The notes beneath the pieces were generated by a model. That model was not told where the DNA came from. It did not search any database and saw only the letters and a list, made by a program, of their open reading frames with translations. A stretch of DNA of 64,000 nucleotides. Source: Podarcis tiliguerta. Its lineage: Eukaryota. The translations under genes and the position numbers were made by a program. Positions 10,331 through 23,172 of the stretch are shown here, one piece after another; position 1 is the stretch's first letter, and each line of letters opens with the position of its first letter. Location of the stretch: assembly GCA_965153285.1 (NCBI GenBank), contig OZ229129.1. One strand, given 5' to 3'.

Positions 10331-12238
10331 TTCCTTTTTTTTAATAATTCAATGTGCTGGCAGTATAATTAATCCCTCTATGAGAGACATGAATGTACCA
10401 GTTCAACCAATATTATATTATACAGAGACAATTGCATTTAAAAACAACAAACAACATTGAAAATGTTTGTACAGAAAGTATTACTTTTTAGAAAGAAAGA
10501 AGAGAAATGTAAACAGAAGTGGATAATCTGTGCAACACATTGGTAATGCAAAAGAAACAAGCAGGATACTTCCCCCCCCCCCTTTACATAGAAAGAAAAA
10601 GAAAAGTAGCTTCAGAACTATACAACATTTCAGCAATTGCCAGACATGTTAACAGTTATTGTTTTTTATCTGTACGAAAACATCTCAACTTATACTTAAA
10701 ACTTTACAGGGATAACATGCTTGTTCTGAACAAAGACACATTGTGGAATTTCAGAGATTATGGAGCAGGTGGTTTCTACACATAAAAGGCGTCTATTTTG
10801 TATGAAATGCATGCTAGAGGAGGAGAGACCACTCTCTCCTCCCTGCTCTGCCCAAGTCAATTATCATTTAATTTCAGTGGGTAGATAGCTAAATGTGGAA
10901 AATAAATATGACTTTGGTTAGCTGGAGGACCAAGAGGTCTTCGTGTTGCTATTTCTCTATCCAGTAACTAGAACACAGCATACACAATTAATCCAGATGA
11001 CAACTGGAGTTACGTTTACATATATATATATGTGCACACAAAATGAATATTCAAGCCTGTTTTCTGTTTGGCACTTTAGAAGCACAGGTGCAAAAACCTC
11101 ACTATTAGCCAGACAAATCCCAACACCTCTAGAGGAAAGACAGAACAGCTCCAAAGAGGAAAGTTCTCTTTTGTCTGCCTTAACTGCTTTTCCTGTGACT
11201 TTATATATAAAACATACAATGGGATTCCTACCTTGCTGTGATTCAGACTGAACTGATCTCTCCCTCCAAGCCTGCCAAAGGTGAAACACATCCCACACTG
11301 CATAAATTGGCTTTTTGTTGATTTCAACTTGAGCTAGGTCTGATGAATGTGGTATAGTCCTCTGATCTGATTATACCTCCTCAGAACTCCTGAGAAGGTT
11401 GGAAGCTAATGGGAAGAAAATGTGTAGGACATGATTTTGTGTGGGAATGCATTCAAATGAGCCACCCCAAAGTGAAATATGAGATCTTAAGATGTTCCTT
11501 CAAGTACATATGAATGTGTGTGTGTAACTCCAATCCTTGCCTTCATGCATTCAAGGATTCTGGGTGTGGATGACCAGGGAGGGAGGTCAGCAGGTACAAC
11601 CTTGATATCCCTCTCCACAGTCCCATTGGCACCTGAACAGGACTACGCTGGCAAGAGAGGAATATACCATGTCAATAACAGTATTGGCTCTAAGTTCTCT
11701 ACATAAACAGGTCCTCATATACTAAAACCAAATTTCATTGCTACAGTTTGCCTTGCTACATGTAAATAAACAGATGGCAGAGGGATGGGCTTTAATTTAA
11801 CTTTCTTTCATGCACATCTTTTGTACGGTGAATTTCACCCTGCCCCAACCATGGTATTCAGTCACTTAATGAATCCCACTTTCTCACCTGCAGTCTGAGT
11901 GGCACAGTCTAGTAACCATTTCACCATAGGATGAACAAATTTGCTGAGAGAGCTTCTAGCTAAATAGGAATGAGAAATGCCAGAAATCAGAACCTGCTTC
12001 TTCAGTTATTTAAAGCCTTCTAAAAACTGGTGGGCTTTGAAATTACACCTCCCACTTCACATGGAGGATGGAACAAGCTTGTTTTTTTCCTGCTCTGGAG
12101 GGTAGGACTCAAAGCAATGGATTCAAGTTACAAGAAAAGAGATCTTGACTAAGCATCAGGAAGAACTTTTTGACTGGAAGAGCTGTCATAGAATCATAGA
12201 GTTGTGGAGCTGGAAGGGACCACGAGGATCATCTAGTC

Positions 12239-12374
12239 CAGGCATAGGCAAACTCGGCCTTCCAGATGTTTTGGGACTACAACTCCCATCATCCCTAGCT
12301 AACAGGACCAGTGGTCAGGGATGGTGGGAGCTGTAGTCCCAAAACATCTGCAGGGCCGAGTTTGCCTATGCCTG
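12239..12374. mobile_element. Palindromic hAT-type MITE (136 bp) inserted in a CR1 tail, in the AFF2 3' UTR
   Basis: TIRs CAGGCATAGGCAAACTCGGCC / GGCCGAGTTTGCCTATGCCTG; imperfect TSD ATCTAGTC / TTCTAGTC. Confidence 0.85.
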
Positions 12375-13939
12375 AATTCTAGTCCAACCTCCTACTGTGT
12401 CTCGCTCTTCCCCAGAACAAAAAGAGATATGAAGAGGGCAGAACAAAAAGAGACAAGGTGTTGGACTCTCAGATTACTCGGGAAGGACCTTGGGGAAGGA
12501 GGAGGCTTAGGAAGCTGTGGGAAGGTAGGGATCTTCAGTCCTCACAACAGTCTTGTTAGGACAAACTCTACTGGGAAGATTTTCTATGCTCACTAGGCCT
12601 GAGCTCTTTGTTTCTTTGAATAAAGAGTTCACTGATGTTGTGTGAGTTATTACTGACCTGCTCCTGGCACCTGCCCCTGACATAATCACATGAGAATCTC
12701 TGAAGTACTGAGAAGCTGGCCACTTCACCCAGTACAATAAATCCACAGGTAAAGAAATCAATGGGTTTAAAATACAAGAGAAATGAATGGAGTTTTCTTA
12801 ATTGGAACCTAATAGTTTGGTTTGTTGACCAACCCCTTTCTACAAATCTTCAAAAGCCTGGAGATATTTGTATTATGGAATAATTTATATTCCATTTGGT
12901 CATCTGCCTTGCCTGGCACCGTTGCCCTCTTTGCTTAGTGAATGCCAATAACAGGGCACTAAATTGCAAGGCCTGCAGAACAAATCAGAGGCTGTTGCAT
13001 CTAGATTCCTCCCCCAACAAGTCTCAAGCAAATGAATGAAGATTGTGCAGAAGTCACACTGGATGAATCCAATGTGGACTCCAGGAAGAGCATGGCTGGT
13101 AGTCTCAGCACACTTGCTTGGAAGCATGTCCCTTTGAAATCAGTGGAATTTTAAATCTAAGTAAATGTGTTAAGACTGGGAACAACTTTCACCAGCGGAA
13201 AGCCTCCAGCCTATCCCCATGATTCAGTGTGATAGTTTATTGGGGACTCGGTGGTGCTCATGCCTGAACATTTTTGTTCAGCGCCCACATGATGTAGTAT
13301 CCATTAAAATGTCATCCTGTATTATTTTCTCATTTAATCTAGGCTTAGCATTACTGCAAAAGATCAAATAACTAAACAAATGAACAACACAGGAAGACTA
13401 AATCTAGAGGCAGTGGGAAGTGGTGGAATAGGCAAAGCACTAATTCCCACAGTAAACTGCCATGTGGAAGCAACTGCTGTTTGTCTTCATGGTGAGTTCA
13501 CACATGCACACAGCCATTTTGTGGATCACAAACTCAAGTGCTGGCCTGTAAAATAGAGTCAAAATTGAAGCAATATGGGAGCCCCTTACTTTCCCCCCCT
13601 CTTTCTCAGAAAACAACAGCTAGGGCCCCCTATTTGGCTCTGGTCTGCTGCATGGGGTAAGAGGCATTTTTGTTTAGCTCTTTGCTCTTACATCGATTCC
13701 CTGACTTAAAACCGCTCTTTGAAGTTTAGGCCCAGGTTATATGGAAAACCATATCCTCCCATACAAACCTGCCTGGCTTCTGAGACTTTGGATGGATCTA
13801 CACACAAAAAAAGAGGGGGGTGGGAACCATGGAAAAATCACATCGAAAATTTGTTTGCTCTCCAGCACCATCTGGTGTTGCATATTTATAATGCATTCAA
13901 AGTATTTTTTTTTACTAATGTAGCTGAGACCCTTTAGGA

Positions 13940-14125
13940 AAGACTCTTCTCTCAGCCCCTCACAGACAGGTTTGGTGAGGATGCAGCAGCAGGCCCTATT
14001 GGTGGCTGTTCCCAGACAACCTTGGAACTCCCTCCCTAGAGAAGCTAGACTTTCTCCTCCCTCCTTGCTGTCCTTCTGTTGGCAAGCAAAGATTCTTTTG
14101 TTCCAACAGTCATTTGGGAACTGAC
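13940..14125 (+). mobile_element. L2-like LINE 3' fragment
   Basis: gtggctgttcccaga...ggaactccctccctagagaagctagact...ctccttgctgtccttct..gcaagcaaaga; same family as 39720-40240. Confidence 0.6.
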
Positions 14126-14705
14126 TGTTTTTGAAGGAAAGAGCTTTTAGGCTTTTGCCAGTGCTGTGATGTTTTTATTACTTGTATTTTAATATATTTA
14201 TTTTTAATTATTGCTTTAATTCTATTAGAGGTTGATTCCTTTGTAACAATGATTTTTAAACATTTTTAAAATGCTCTTTGTATTTACCTGTGTTTTTAAT
14301 CAGCAACATGGTCTATAGGAATACGTTCTGCACACTAATGAAGTTATGGACATTCACCTTCAGTAAGGTAAAGCTGGCAAAAAAGGGAAACTGTGCAGTC
14401 TTGAGGCCATTTTTCTCCCTTGCATGGCATATATTGGCAAAGCTTCAGAGCAAAGGCTATATACCGCAACTGATTTACACTTTCACAATTGACAGAAACT
14501 GCCATTCATTCGAAGAAAAAGAAGGCATGAGGGTGAATTCCACTTGGTTTGATGGGCCAATAATTCAAAGTAGTACCCTCCATCAATATTCCCAATGAAT
14601 TTTGCTGTAAGGTGAATGAGAAGTTTTATTTGAGTCAGGGTAGGTTTCAAGGTTGCCACCTTCCCCCCTTCTTTTTAAATGATCCCTGCTCTTGTGCTTT
14701 TAAAG

Positions 14706-14841
14706 CAGGCATAGGCAAACTCCAGCCCTCCAGGTGTTTGGGACTACAATTCCCATCATCCCTGACCACTGGTCCTGTTAGCTAGGGATGATGGGAATTG
14801 TAGTCCCAAACAGCTGGAGGGCTGGAGTTTTCCTATGCCTG
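14706..14841. mobile_element. Palindromic hAT-type MITE (136 bp), same family, opposite orientation
   Basis: Perfect 8-bp TSD TTTTAAAG (14698-14705, 14842-14849); TIRs CAGGCATAGG / CCTATGCCTG. Confidence 0.9.
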
Positions 14842-15792
14842 TTTTAAAGCATCCTAACTTTCAGAAATGTAGGAAATTAAGCACCTCATCCAGCGCAGAA
14901 AGAAAAAGCCCTGGTTTGGATGTAACACTATGGCATAGTGTTGCATGCAGAAGCCTTGAGCTCTTGTGTTCTCCTTCCTCTCTTCAAATGTGGCTACGAG
15001 GAAGGAATTGGCCACTTTCACTTCTATTTCAATTAACAGTGAATGCTAGTCCTACTTGGAGCAGACCTGCTGACATTAAGGGGTCCAACTAATTTAAGCA
15101 CGCTTAAGTAGAACCTTAGTGATAAACTATGATTAGTTAAAAATGGAAGACAAAGCTTCTAATCTCCTCCTAGTCATGCTGGGGGAAGAGAAATGAAGGA
15201 AGAATGCAGATGTTTGAGATTTGTGCTAATAATGCTTAATAATATTTTACTGTTGCATCCGAAGGTAGCCAAAGGCTTAGTTCGGACATCACACGAAACC
15301 ATATATTGTGGTAACCAAAATGATGGCTCAAATTTCCAAGTCATGCAAATCATAATTTAGAGTTCCTGTTTTCCTTCTGCACAACACTCCCATATCTAGT
15401 GTAGCAGATCATGCAGATGGAGCAACCGTTGTAACTATGGTTAGACAATTCAGACATCATACCAGACCATGGTTTGTAATCACCACAGATTGCAAACCTA
15501 CTTCAAACCATGTTTCTTGTGGCAAGTTCTAAAGATCTGAGGGCAGACTGCAGGGTGGCTTTCTAGGTCTAAGAAACACTCTCTGCAGCCCATGCTGGGC
15601 CTCAAACTGAGGGTAGGGTTCACACATTCATGCATATCACTTGATGACAGCAACATCAAGTGACCACTTTTTTGTGAATGGTCACCATGGATATTAATAG
15701 CACCAGTAGGAATTTAATATGACCTAAGATGCCAAATTCTTATGACATAAGTTCATACAGCTGCCTGTATGATTCTTCAAACATCTCCTAAA

Positions 15793-15794
<2 letters not shown>

Positions 15795-15833
<39 letters not shown>
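15795..15833. repeat. (TG)n microsatellite
   Basis: Direct reading. Further (TG)n tracts at 16740-16767 and 19502-19535 also fall in the inferred 3' UTR. Confidence 0.95.
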
Positions 15834-15835
<2 letters not shown>

Positions 15836-16735
15836 CAGGATTGTGCTTGCTGGTCCTCACTCCATGTGTGTTTATCAAAATCTGTGAAGATAACCACTGT
15901 ACACACAACCAAGGGTTCTACATCGGAAAGGTCCCCAAGTTGTGCACACAAGCAGAGATGGGGAACCTGTTTCAGTCTGAAGGCTACATACCCTTGTGAG
16001 ACACCTCCAGAAGTGGGGTGCATGCCAGTAGTGGGCTGGGCCAGAGGCAAATGTGGGTGGTGCCAGAGACCAAAATGGATTGAGCAATGGATATGACTTT
16101 GACTACTGAGCCACGGGTTACATTTGAGCCACACACAGAGCTCTCCTTCCTCTACACAGGCAGAGTTATTATCACAGTTCAAGGACACATTCCAGCCCAG
16201 CAAAAGCTTTTATGGATAGTGCAGGGGATTGCTAAGGGAGAGGGCATGTGGCTTGGGGATTGTTGTGACTTGGAAAGTGGCCTGACAGAAAGGCTAACAG
16301 AAGCTGAGATTTCACCACCTTGGTATAAAGCCCATGAGTGACTGCTTTGGTACAAACATAGGCTCTTTTTTCATAAGGAGTATTCCCACCTTGCATTCAA
16401 CAAGTGAACCCAAGAACACAGATTTTTGAGCTGTACTATTATATTCCACTGTTCACATGTAATGTTCAGTGAGTATACAGTCTGTGTACTTGTGCACACA
16501 ATAGCAGAGCAGCAGGTATGTCAGCACATACACTTTCCCCACACAAACACTAATACATGTGTGGAGACAGTGTGTGCCTGTGTTCAGGGTAACGTATGGA
16601 CAAGCCTATAGATTGCAACAGGTGCATGACAGGTAAGTGGTTCTGTCTTTCTCTCTGCACACCTTCCACGGAATATGTGAAATTTCCTCAGGGGCAGAGT
16701 TATCAAGTACAGAGAAATCAAGAGATACATGTTAG

Positions 16736-16769
<34 letters not shown>

Positions 16770-17139
16770 CCAGACCTAGGATGCACACCACTGAAAAATT
16801 AGACAGGCTCCCCTAACCTGCCTCGGTAACAGATATGTGGTTACAGGCTAAATTTGGAGACAGGCATCCATTTACTAGATGTTACCGGTAACGAAACCAA
16901 CACCGTGATCTCACTGAGTGGTTACAGATAACCCTTTGAAAAATGTCTTCTCTTTACGATAGGATTTCAAGTTGTAACTATCAAGTACACTGTGGTCTAG
17001 GATTTCTGTTCGCATTACACTAACAAGGAGGAACAATGCACTTAATTGGGCCAAATAGGCCAGTCAAAATCAACCGGCAAGGACCTAATGAAGAGGGTGA
17101 GAAACTCTGGTTACCTTCGCCCTTTCATAACTTTATTAT

Positions 17140-17452
17140 CAGGGATGGCCCAAGATGTTTTGCCACTTATGGCAAAGCAGAAAATGGCGCCGCCCTCACT
17201 GCTGTTGCTGCCTGAGGCAACGTGGGGATGCCCTGGCATGCTGAAGGTGATGCGGGGGAATGAAGGAGACCACAGAGGAGCAAGCAGCAGCTGTGGTCCC
17301 CTCTTCCCAGGCGACACACACATGACAAGCGAAGGTGGTGGCAATCAGGACGTTCCTGGGGCTCCAGGATCTGCTGATCCTCCCAGCTGCCCCCCACACT
17401 GCTGCCTTAGGCAACTGCCTCATCGAGTCTCATGGGTGTGCCTGCCAGCCTT
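17140..17452. mobile_element. Degenerate GC-rich hAT-like MITE
   Basis: Ends cagggatggc... / ...gccagccttg are imperfect inverted repeats, with internal gcctgaggc/gcctca motifs. Confidence 0.45.
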
Positions 17453-19498
17453 GCTTTATACAACAACAAAAATGTCTCTTTGTTCAGAAAATAACAATCA
17501 CCTTTATAGGTACAACTTGCTCTTGATTCTGTGATTCCGAAGTCAGATTTCTGATCTCCTTATAGAACACATATAAGCTGGCTAGTGCACCATCGTAGGG
17601 CAAACTGGCCCCAATCTAGAGATGCATATAGGCTTCAGTTTATTGTGAAGCCCCTGATGGTTGGCAAGAGAAGGGGTTTCCTGCACTGAGTTCACCCTCC
17701 TCCATTATAGGGTAGGAGGGATGGGGCAGGGGGCGGGAGGAAGCACAAACACAGCAGATGATCTCTGGATCAGAGCTGGAAACACAAAACAATGGGTGGA
17801 GGTGCAGAGTCCTCTTTCAAGCTGTAGCTTCAGAATAGTGGAAGGGGAACTATCTGTGGGTACCAGTTTTTGCACACAGAATGACACTTGCTGGGTTTGG
17901 ATATTGATGTTCTCTGTTCCTTAGACTCATCCAACATTATGCAGTATTTATTTCCCAATTGTGGGATCAGTTATGTGGTTTTACAGAGCAGAAATGCTCT
18001 GTTATGTGGATTTTTAAAAGCCCCTATTAACAGATGTCAATATAACGTTTTAAAAATAATAACGTAAATCAGGTTTAGAACTTGATCTGGGATAATATTA
18101 AGAATGTTCTTATCACACTTATGCAAGGCTTGTTTTCAAATCCTAGCCATGTAAGCCTAGTTACCAAGCAGTAGAGGATATTATAGGATTATATAAGAGA
18201 ATGTAGCTGCAATTAACTGTCCTCTTAATTATCTAATACATATGGAAACTTATTCCAGAGAGATGTCACAGAATGATATTTACATCAACATGGGATCAGT
18301 GAATTGTAAAATTTACAGTTAAAGTCATGAGGACTGCAGCGGAATGCAATACAGTTTATTAATTAGTATAACAAATTAGCTCTGTTTTGATGATCCGCAC
18401 TATTTGAAAATAATAACTTGATTAAAATCAATGTTGAAAGAAAGAGTGGAAATGAATTATTTAGGGGATGATAATTTTATTTATATTTTTATTATTTAAT
18501 TTTAAAACCCTCAAGGCAGTTAACAAAAAATTAAATTACGTTACTCTGTTCTGAAGTGATATGGAACACATTGGTCCAAATTTGTGACACTTGTGAGCCC
18601 TGTTTAATTTGTGGACAAAGATTTAACATCAGTCTGTCTGGAAAAAGTCACCCTCTGAACTTGAAACCCTCTTCCTCCTACTCCATGTGTATGTATGAAT
18701 CTCTGTAGTTATCTACTAGTAAAGGAAGAACATTCTGCAGGTACCCAGGAGAAATTCAGCTCTTCTTACTGCTTATTTCCCAGTCCATAGCTCTGGTACT
18801 GAAAACAGATGCTAGGGTGGCGAGCTGGCAAGTAGATGAGGAGGTTTGCTGAGCATGGCATCACAGTGAGCCAGCCCACTAGCCTTAGAAGCCAGTATCA
18901 AGATAGGCAGTAGAAGCTGGACAATTGGGATTGAAAGGGAAACTGCTCCATGAACCCCAATCTGTCCTTGACCAACTCCCACTTGCCTCCCTTCTTACTT
19001 TTAGCCAGTTCCTGGGATGGGAATTGTCTGTCAATGCTTCTGGCTCTGGCTCTGTACCTCCCTACCAGTCCTCATGGGCACCAGCCACCACTGCAGAGAG
19101 CAATGATGTCATCATGCTTGTCTCTAAAGGCTGGCATGTAAGCCTATCATGGTGGAACCCATACATTCCACTGGTTCCCTTCTCCATAACCTTGTCCCAG
19201 CGGCAGCCAAAAGTATGCACCCATATCGATCCTTGGTCATCCTATAGGCTGGTGGAGAAATAAATGGTTCAGGTAGGAAGCCATACATCCAGTTCCTCCC
19301 AGACGCCCCCCCTCCCCAAATCATGGTATCTAGATAAGCCATACAGGCAGCCAGATACCATTCAGTTCAAAATATAAATCGCACAGTCTAAAATGGATGT
19401 TAAACCTGCATCGTGTTGCAATGTTTAAAATTTCAAATCAAGTAAACATAATTGCTTGGGCATTAATAGAAATATCTCCCCAAGCTCATTGTGATCTC

Positions 19499-19538
<40 letters not shown>

Positions 19539-20088
19539 ACTCTGTATAAGGCATTTCATGTTTTGGTTCTTGAGGATTGATTTTAGCAATGACTTTTGGC
19601 CGAAAACTGGAACCAGGACTAAACTGAACAGCTCTCAGTCTGCATCCAAAGGGAAATACTGAATTGCATGGGTTGAACTGCTACACGTTTATTTTTGTTT
19701 AGATTCAAGACATTTTCACAAAAATGTATATATCTTCAACAAAGTGCAATACTGCAGGGAACTGCCCATTCCATAAAGCACGTTATGGAAGGCAAGAGTG
19801 GCAGAATTCAAGAGATGCAAGGCAAAAATAATAATAAAAAAGAGGAAGAATCCATACTGATTAAACCAGAACAAACAAATACCCTGCTCAGCATCTATAT
19901 TTTCAATTTATAGTGAATTCCACTTCTAACAGATAATTTTGTTTTGTTTTAAAGAAGGCAAAAAAAGGCAAAAAAAGAAAAAAAATCTCTATGAATACAG
20001 TCCCAGAAAAGAGTGGCTTTCCATCGGTGATCACCTGTGTGCCGGTGGAGGTAACAGGATGGAGCTGTGATGGACAGGATGGCAGTGA

Positions 20089-20210
20089 CTACGACAAGTG
20101 TGCTTCAATGCGAAGCCAATGGAGTCCTTGCCGAACGTAACGGACCAGGTGGGTCATACTGCTGTGTTGCGATAATGGAGCTATCACCAAGTCCAGCTCT
20201 GTGAAGAACT
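20089..20210 (-). CDS. AFF2: AFF2 terminal coding exon with stop codon
   Basis: Acceptor tattttgcag; phase 1. Encodes (E)[39 protein letters not shown], then TAG at 20089-20091. The [22 protein letters not shown] ending is AFF2-like. Confidence 0.96.
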
Positions 20211-20781
20211 CTGCAAAATAAAAACAAAAATAAGGAAGTGGACTCCTATCTGGGATAACTGAACAAATGCATTCACAAAGTATTATGATTATTTATTAAA
20301 TCTGTATACTACCCTTCCTCCAAAGATCACAGGGCAGTTTACAACATAATACAAAAGGAGAATACAAAATCCATAACAAAACAAAAAAACAACAACAACA
20401 CACACACCAATGTTAGCTGTGTCCATTAACTTTAATGGGTCTCCTCTGTGTAGGCTAGTATCAATGCTTTTTTCCAGTGTATCAGTCATGATTTGCAGAA
20501 CTGAGTGGGCTACACTTTTAAGGAGTCAAAAGATGGGGCTTATTAGAGTAACAAAGGTGGCTTGTTACAAAATATGCAATTTGGGATTTTCAGCAGCTTA
20601 TTATTTCTGCACTTACTTTAGGAATAATAATAGCTGGTTATGGTTTCTCTCTACTGGCTAAGCACCTGAGCTGCTTTGACTCAATTCCAAGCAAAATTGC
20701 TTGCGGGGGAAGAGAACCTGGTGATCTTTTAACATTCAGAGCATGAGGTAGAAAACAAAAACGTATGTACAACCAATATAT

Positions 20782-20836
20782 AACAAACAAACAAACAAAC
20801 AAACAAACAAACAAACAAACAAACAAACAAACAAAT
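20782..20836. repeat. (AAAC)n microsatellite
   Basis: Direct reading. Confidence 0.95.
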
Positions 20837-21530
20837 AATAGTACCAAGGGAACAAATAAAAGGTAAAACAAGTTATGCAGTTGACTAGGAAGTTGTGATT
20901 CTCACATTCCTCCCCTCATTTCTGACTTGCCATTCGAATCACCACATGTAAGCATATATGCAATCTCATGTTGCTTTACTTAGCACAGTGGGAGGGTGTG
21001 GCTGCTCTTTGCTTGCCTCCTGGTTCAGCCACTACAGACTGGTGCAAATGCACCAGTGGAACCAAGCCAGCTCTGTTGTCTGTGCGTTTATTCTGTGCCA
21101 AACTCCTGTCACCTCTCCCTCCAGGTAAGCTGCTGTGATGCCTTTGGCAGGAGACCAGGTAAGCGCTTGCCCCTCTTCCCCAGCAGCTGCCCCTCTTAGC
21201 ATGTCAGCCTTCCTCAACCAGATGCCTTTCAGATGCTTTGGAATGCTGTTCCCATCAGCCCCAGTCAAAATATCTAGAGGGAACCAAGTTGAGGAACACT
21301 AGCACAGATGCACTGGGAATCTACATTAGTTTGCTGGCACAAATAAATTCTATCAGTTTTTAGGGAGTCTCAAAAATGCAGAACTACCCATCGTGATTTG
21401 TTATCATTCCAAAGTTGACTGAACCATTTCCAACCTGGTTTGAATGACACAACATGGTTAACCACAGCCAATGTATGAATGGTTACAAGGTGTAACCTGG
21501 GTTGACTCCCACCTTTTGCCACAGACAGAT

Positions 21531-21561
21531 GCGCGCGCGCGCGCGCACACACACACACACA
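21531..21561. repeat. (GC)8(AC)n alternating purine-pyrimidine tract
   Basis: gcgcgcgcgcgcgcgcacacacacacacaca. Confidence 0.95.
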
Positions 21562-22957
21562 GAGCTTGCAAAAATATGTGCCCTGAAATGCAGGTGAATT
21601 GCAGCAATGACTTTAAAAAATAAATATATTGCAAGCTGCTGTGGAAATGTGGCAGACCAAATACTAAAATTAGAAAAAATGAGAAGCTGAAATTGGCTGA
21701 TCCACCTTCCCTATGAGAGAGTGAACCTGGGAGCTTCTTTAGGCAAAGGTTGTGCTCTATCACTGAGTTACAGTTGGTTGCTGCTTTCCAAGTCCAAACA
21801 TCAGTCATGCTCCTGCAGCTCCCTTCAAAGAAGCATCAGCCATCCATTTTTTCCCCCTCACCTACGCTTGTCAGTGTCGTCAACGGTGAAGAGTCTGCTT
21901 TAATCTGAATCCACTAGATGAGTCATGGACTCAAGGCAAACAGAACGACCTGGCTTTCAGCAAATTTGTCATAAGAGGCAGCTCCACATGAACACCATTA
22001 GTGTTGTAGATGCAATGTCCGCCCCCCCCCCAATTGACTTTTAAGCAAGCTGGAAAAGGCCAAAGCTGAGATATCATTCACAGTCTCAAATGTGGACCTC
22101 ATTTGCTCAGCTCCCACTTGTCGGTACTTGGAACTCAGCATTCACACAGCTCAGCTGTACCTAATTATGTTTGTCAGAAGAGTCCTTCAAATGTCACTCT
22201 TGCATTTTGTTCCCTACTACAAAATAAATGAATAGAGCACCAATTATGGTTAACCAACTTTAGTCATACTCAGTCTGTTGAAATCAATGGACTTACTCAG
22301 TGTTATTTTTATGGAAAAAGGTGTCAGAGCTCACCACAAATGTTCCCCTTGTTCTCTTATAAAGTCAATGGCGCCCACCTGAGAGGTGCACAGTTCTGGC
22401 TGATAGAAAGCCCTGGGCTTACTTAAGTCCATTTCTTTCAGTGGGTCTACTTTGAGTATGGTCACCTGCACAACATTCTTGAAAGGTGGTACAGGCAACT
22501 CTTAGCTTAAGTAGGAGTTATGTTCTGGATACAGCGAGTAAAGTCAAGATTGTGTATAGTCAAAACACACTGGATTCAATGGTGCGTGAGAGTGTCAAAG
22601 TCTCTCCCCCCTCCGACATCCACCCCCTTTTAATTTTTTAAGATTTTTTTTGCTGTGTGTAAAGCTGAACGTGAGCAGGTTACCTGCGCATAAGTTGCAA
22701 GCTACCTTTACAGAAATGTATTAAATACAAATAGGTAGGGAGCCCACCAGATGGTTCCTTTTCTACAGCCCCCCCCCCCCACTTGGAACTGGTTCTCGTG
22801 AGGACTAGAAATATCCTTTCATTTAAACAATAGAAAGGGAAGTGGACTTTCTGTGGTTCCTGCATATAGGGCCTTGGGAAAGAATGTAATAAGCAACTAC
22901 CACCAGAGACATTCACATTCTTTAGATCAGAGAAAGCATGGAAACAGTGTGAGGCAC

Positions 22958-23172
22958 CTTTGTTTTCTCTCGCCAGCTTGTCAGCCATGTCCCAGTGCTC
23001 ATAGCTTCGCAGGATGTTGTTGGTGATGTTGACGTGGCTGGCTGCCATTTGGTGGATGCGCTGGGGAATGCTTACGTTCCCTGACGAGGAGGATCCTGAA
23101 GCACCCATGGCGTTCCCAACTGAGCCAATGGGCGATGGGCTCAGAGACACGGGAGACGGTGTTCCTGTGCTC
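22958..23172 (-). CDS. AFF2: AFF2 coding exon (approx. human exon 20)
   Basis: Acceptor ctctttcccttttcccag, donor G|gtgcct; 215 nt, phase 2 to 1. Encodes [12 protein letters not shown]...[37 protein letters not shown]. Confidence 0.96.

Larger units (their letters stand above)
10310..20088 (-). other. AFF2: Probable long (~9.8 kb) AFF2 3' UTR
   Basis: Runs from the stop codon to a canonical poly(A) signal. The distal ~1.5 kb is AT-rich, repeat-poor and UTR-like, and mammalian AFF2 is known to have a 3' UTR of similar length. The end point is inferred. Confidence 0.6.

Noticed and set aside
15724-16203. ORFs with HT/CV repeats
   Set aside because: Produced by the (TG)n microsatellite and a degenerate MITE.
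20089-23172. Assignment to AFF3 (the STGTPSP...[10 protein letters not shown] segment resembles AFF3)
   Set aside because: [45 protein letters not shown] and LPPCISP all match AFF2 as recalled.
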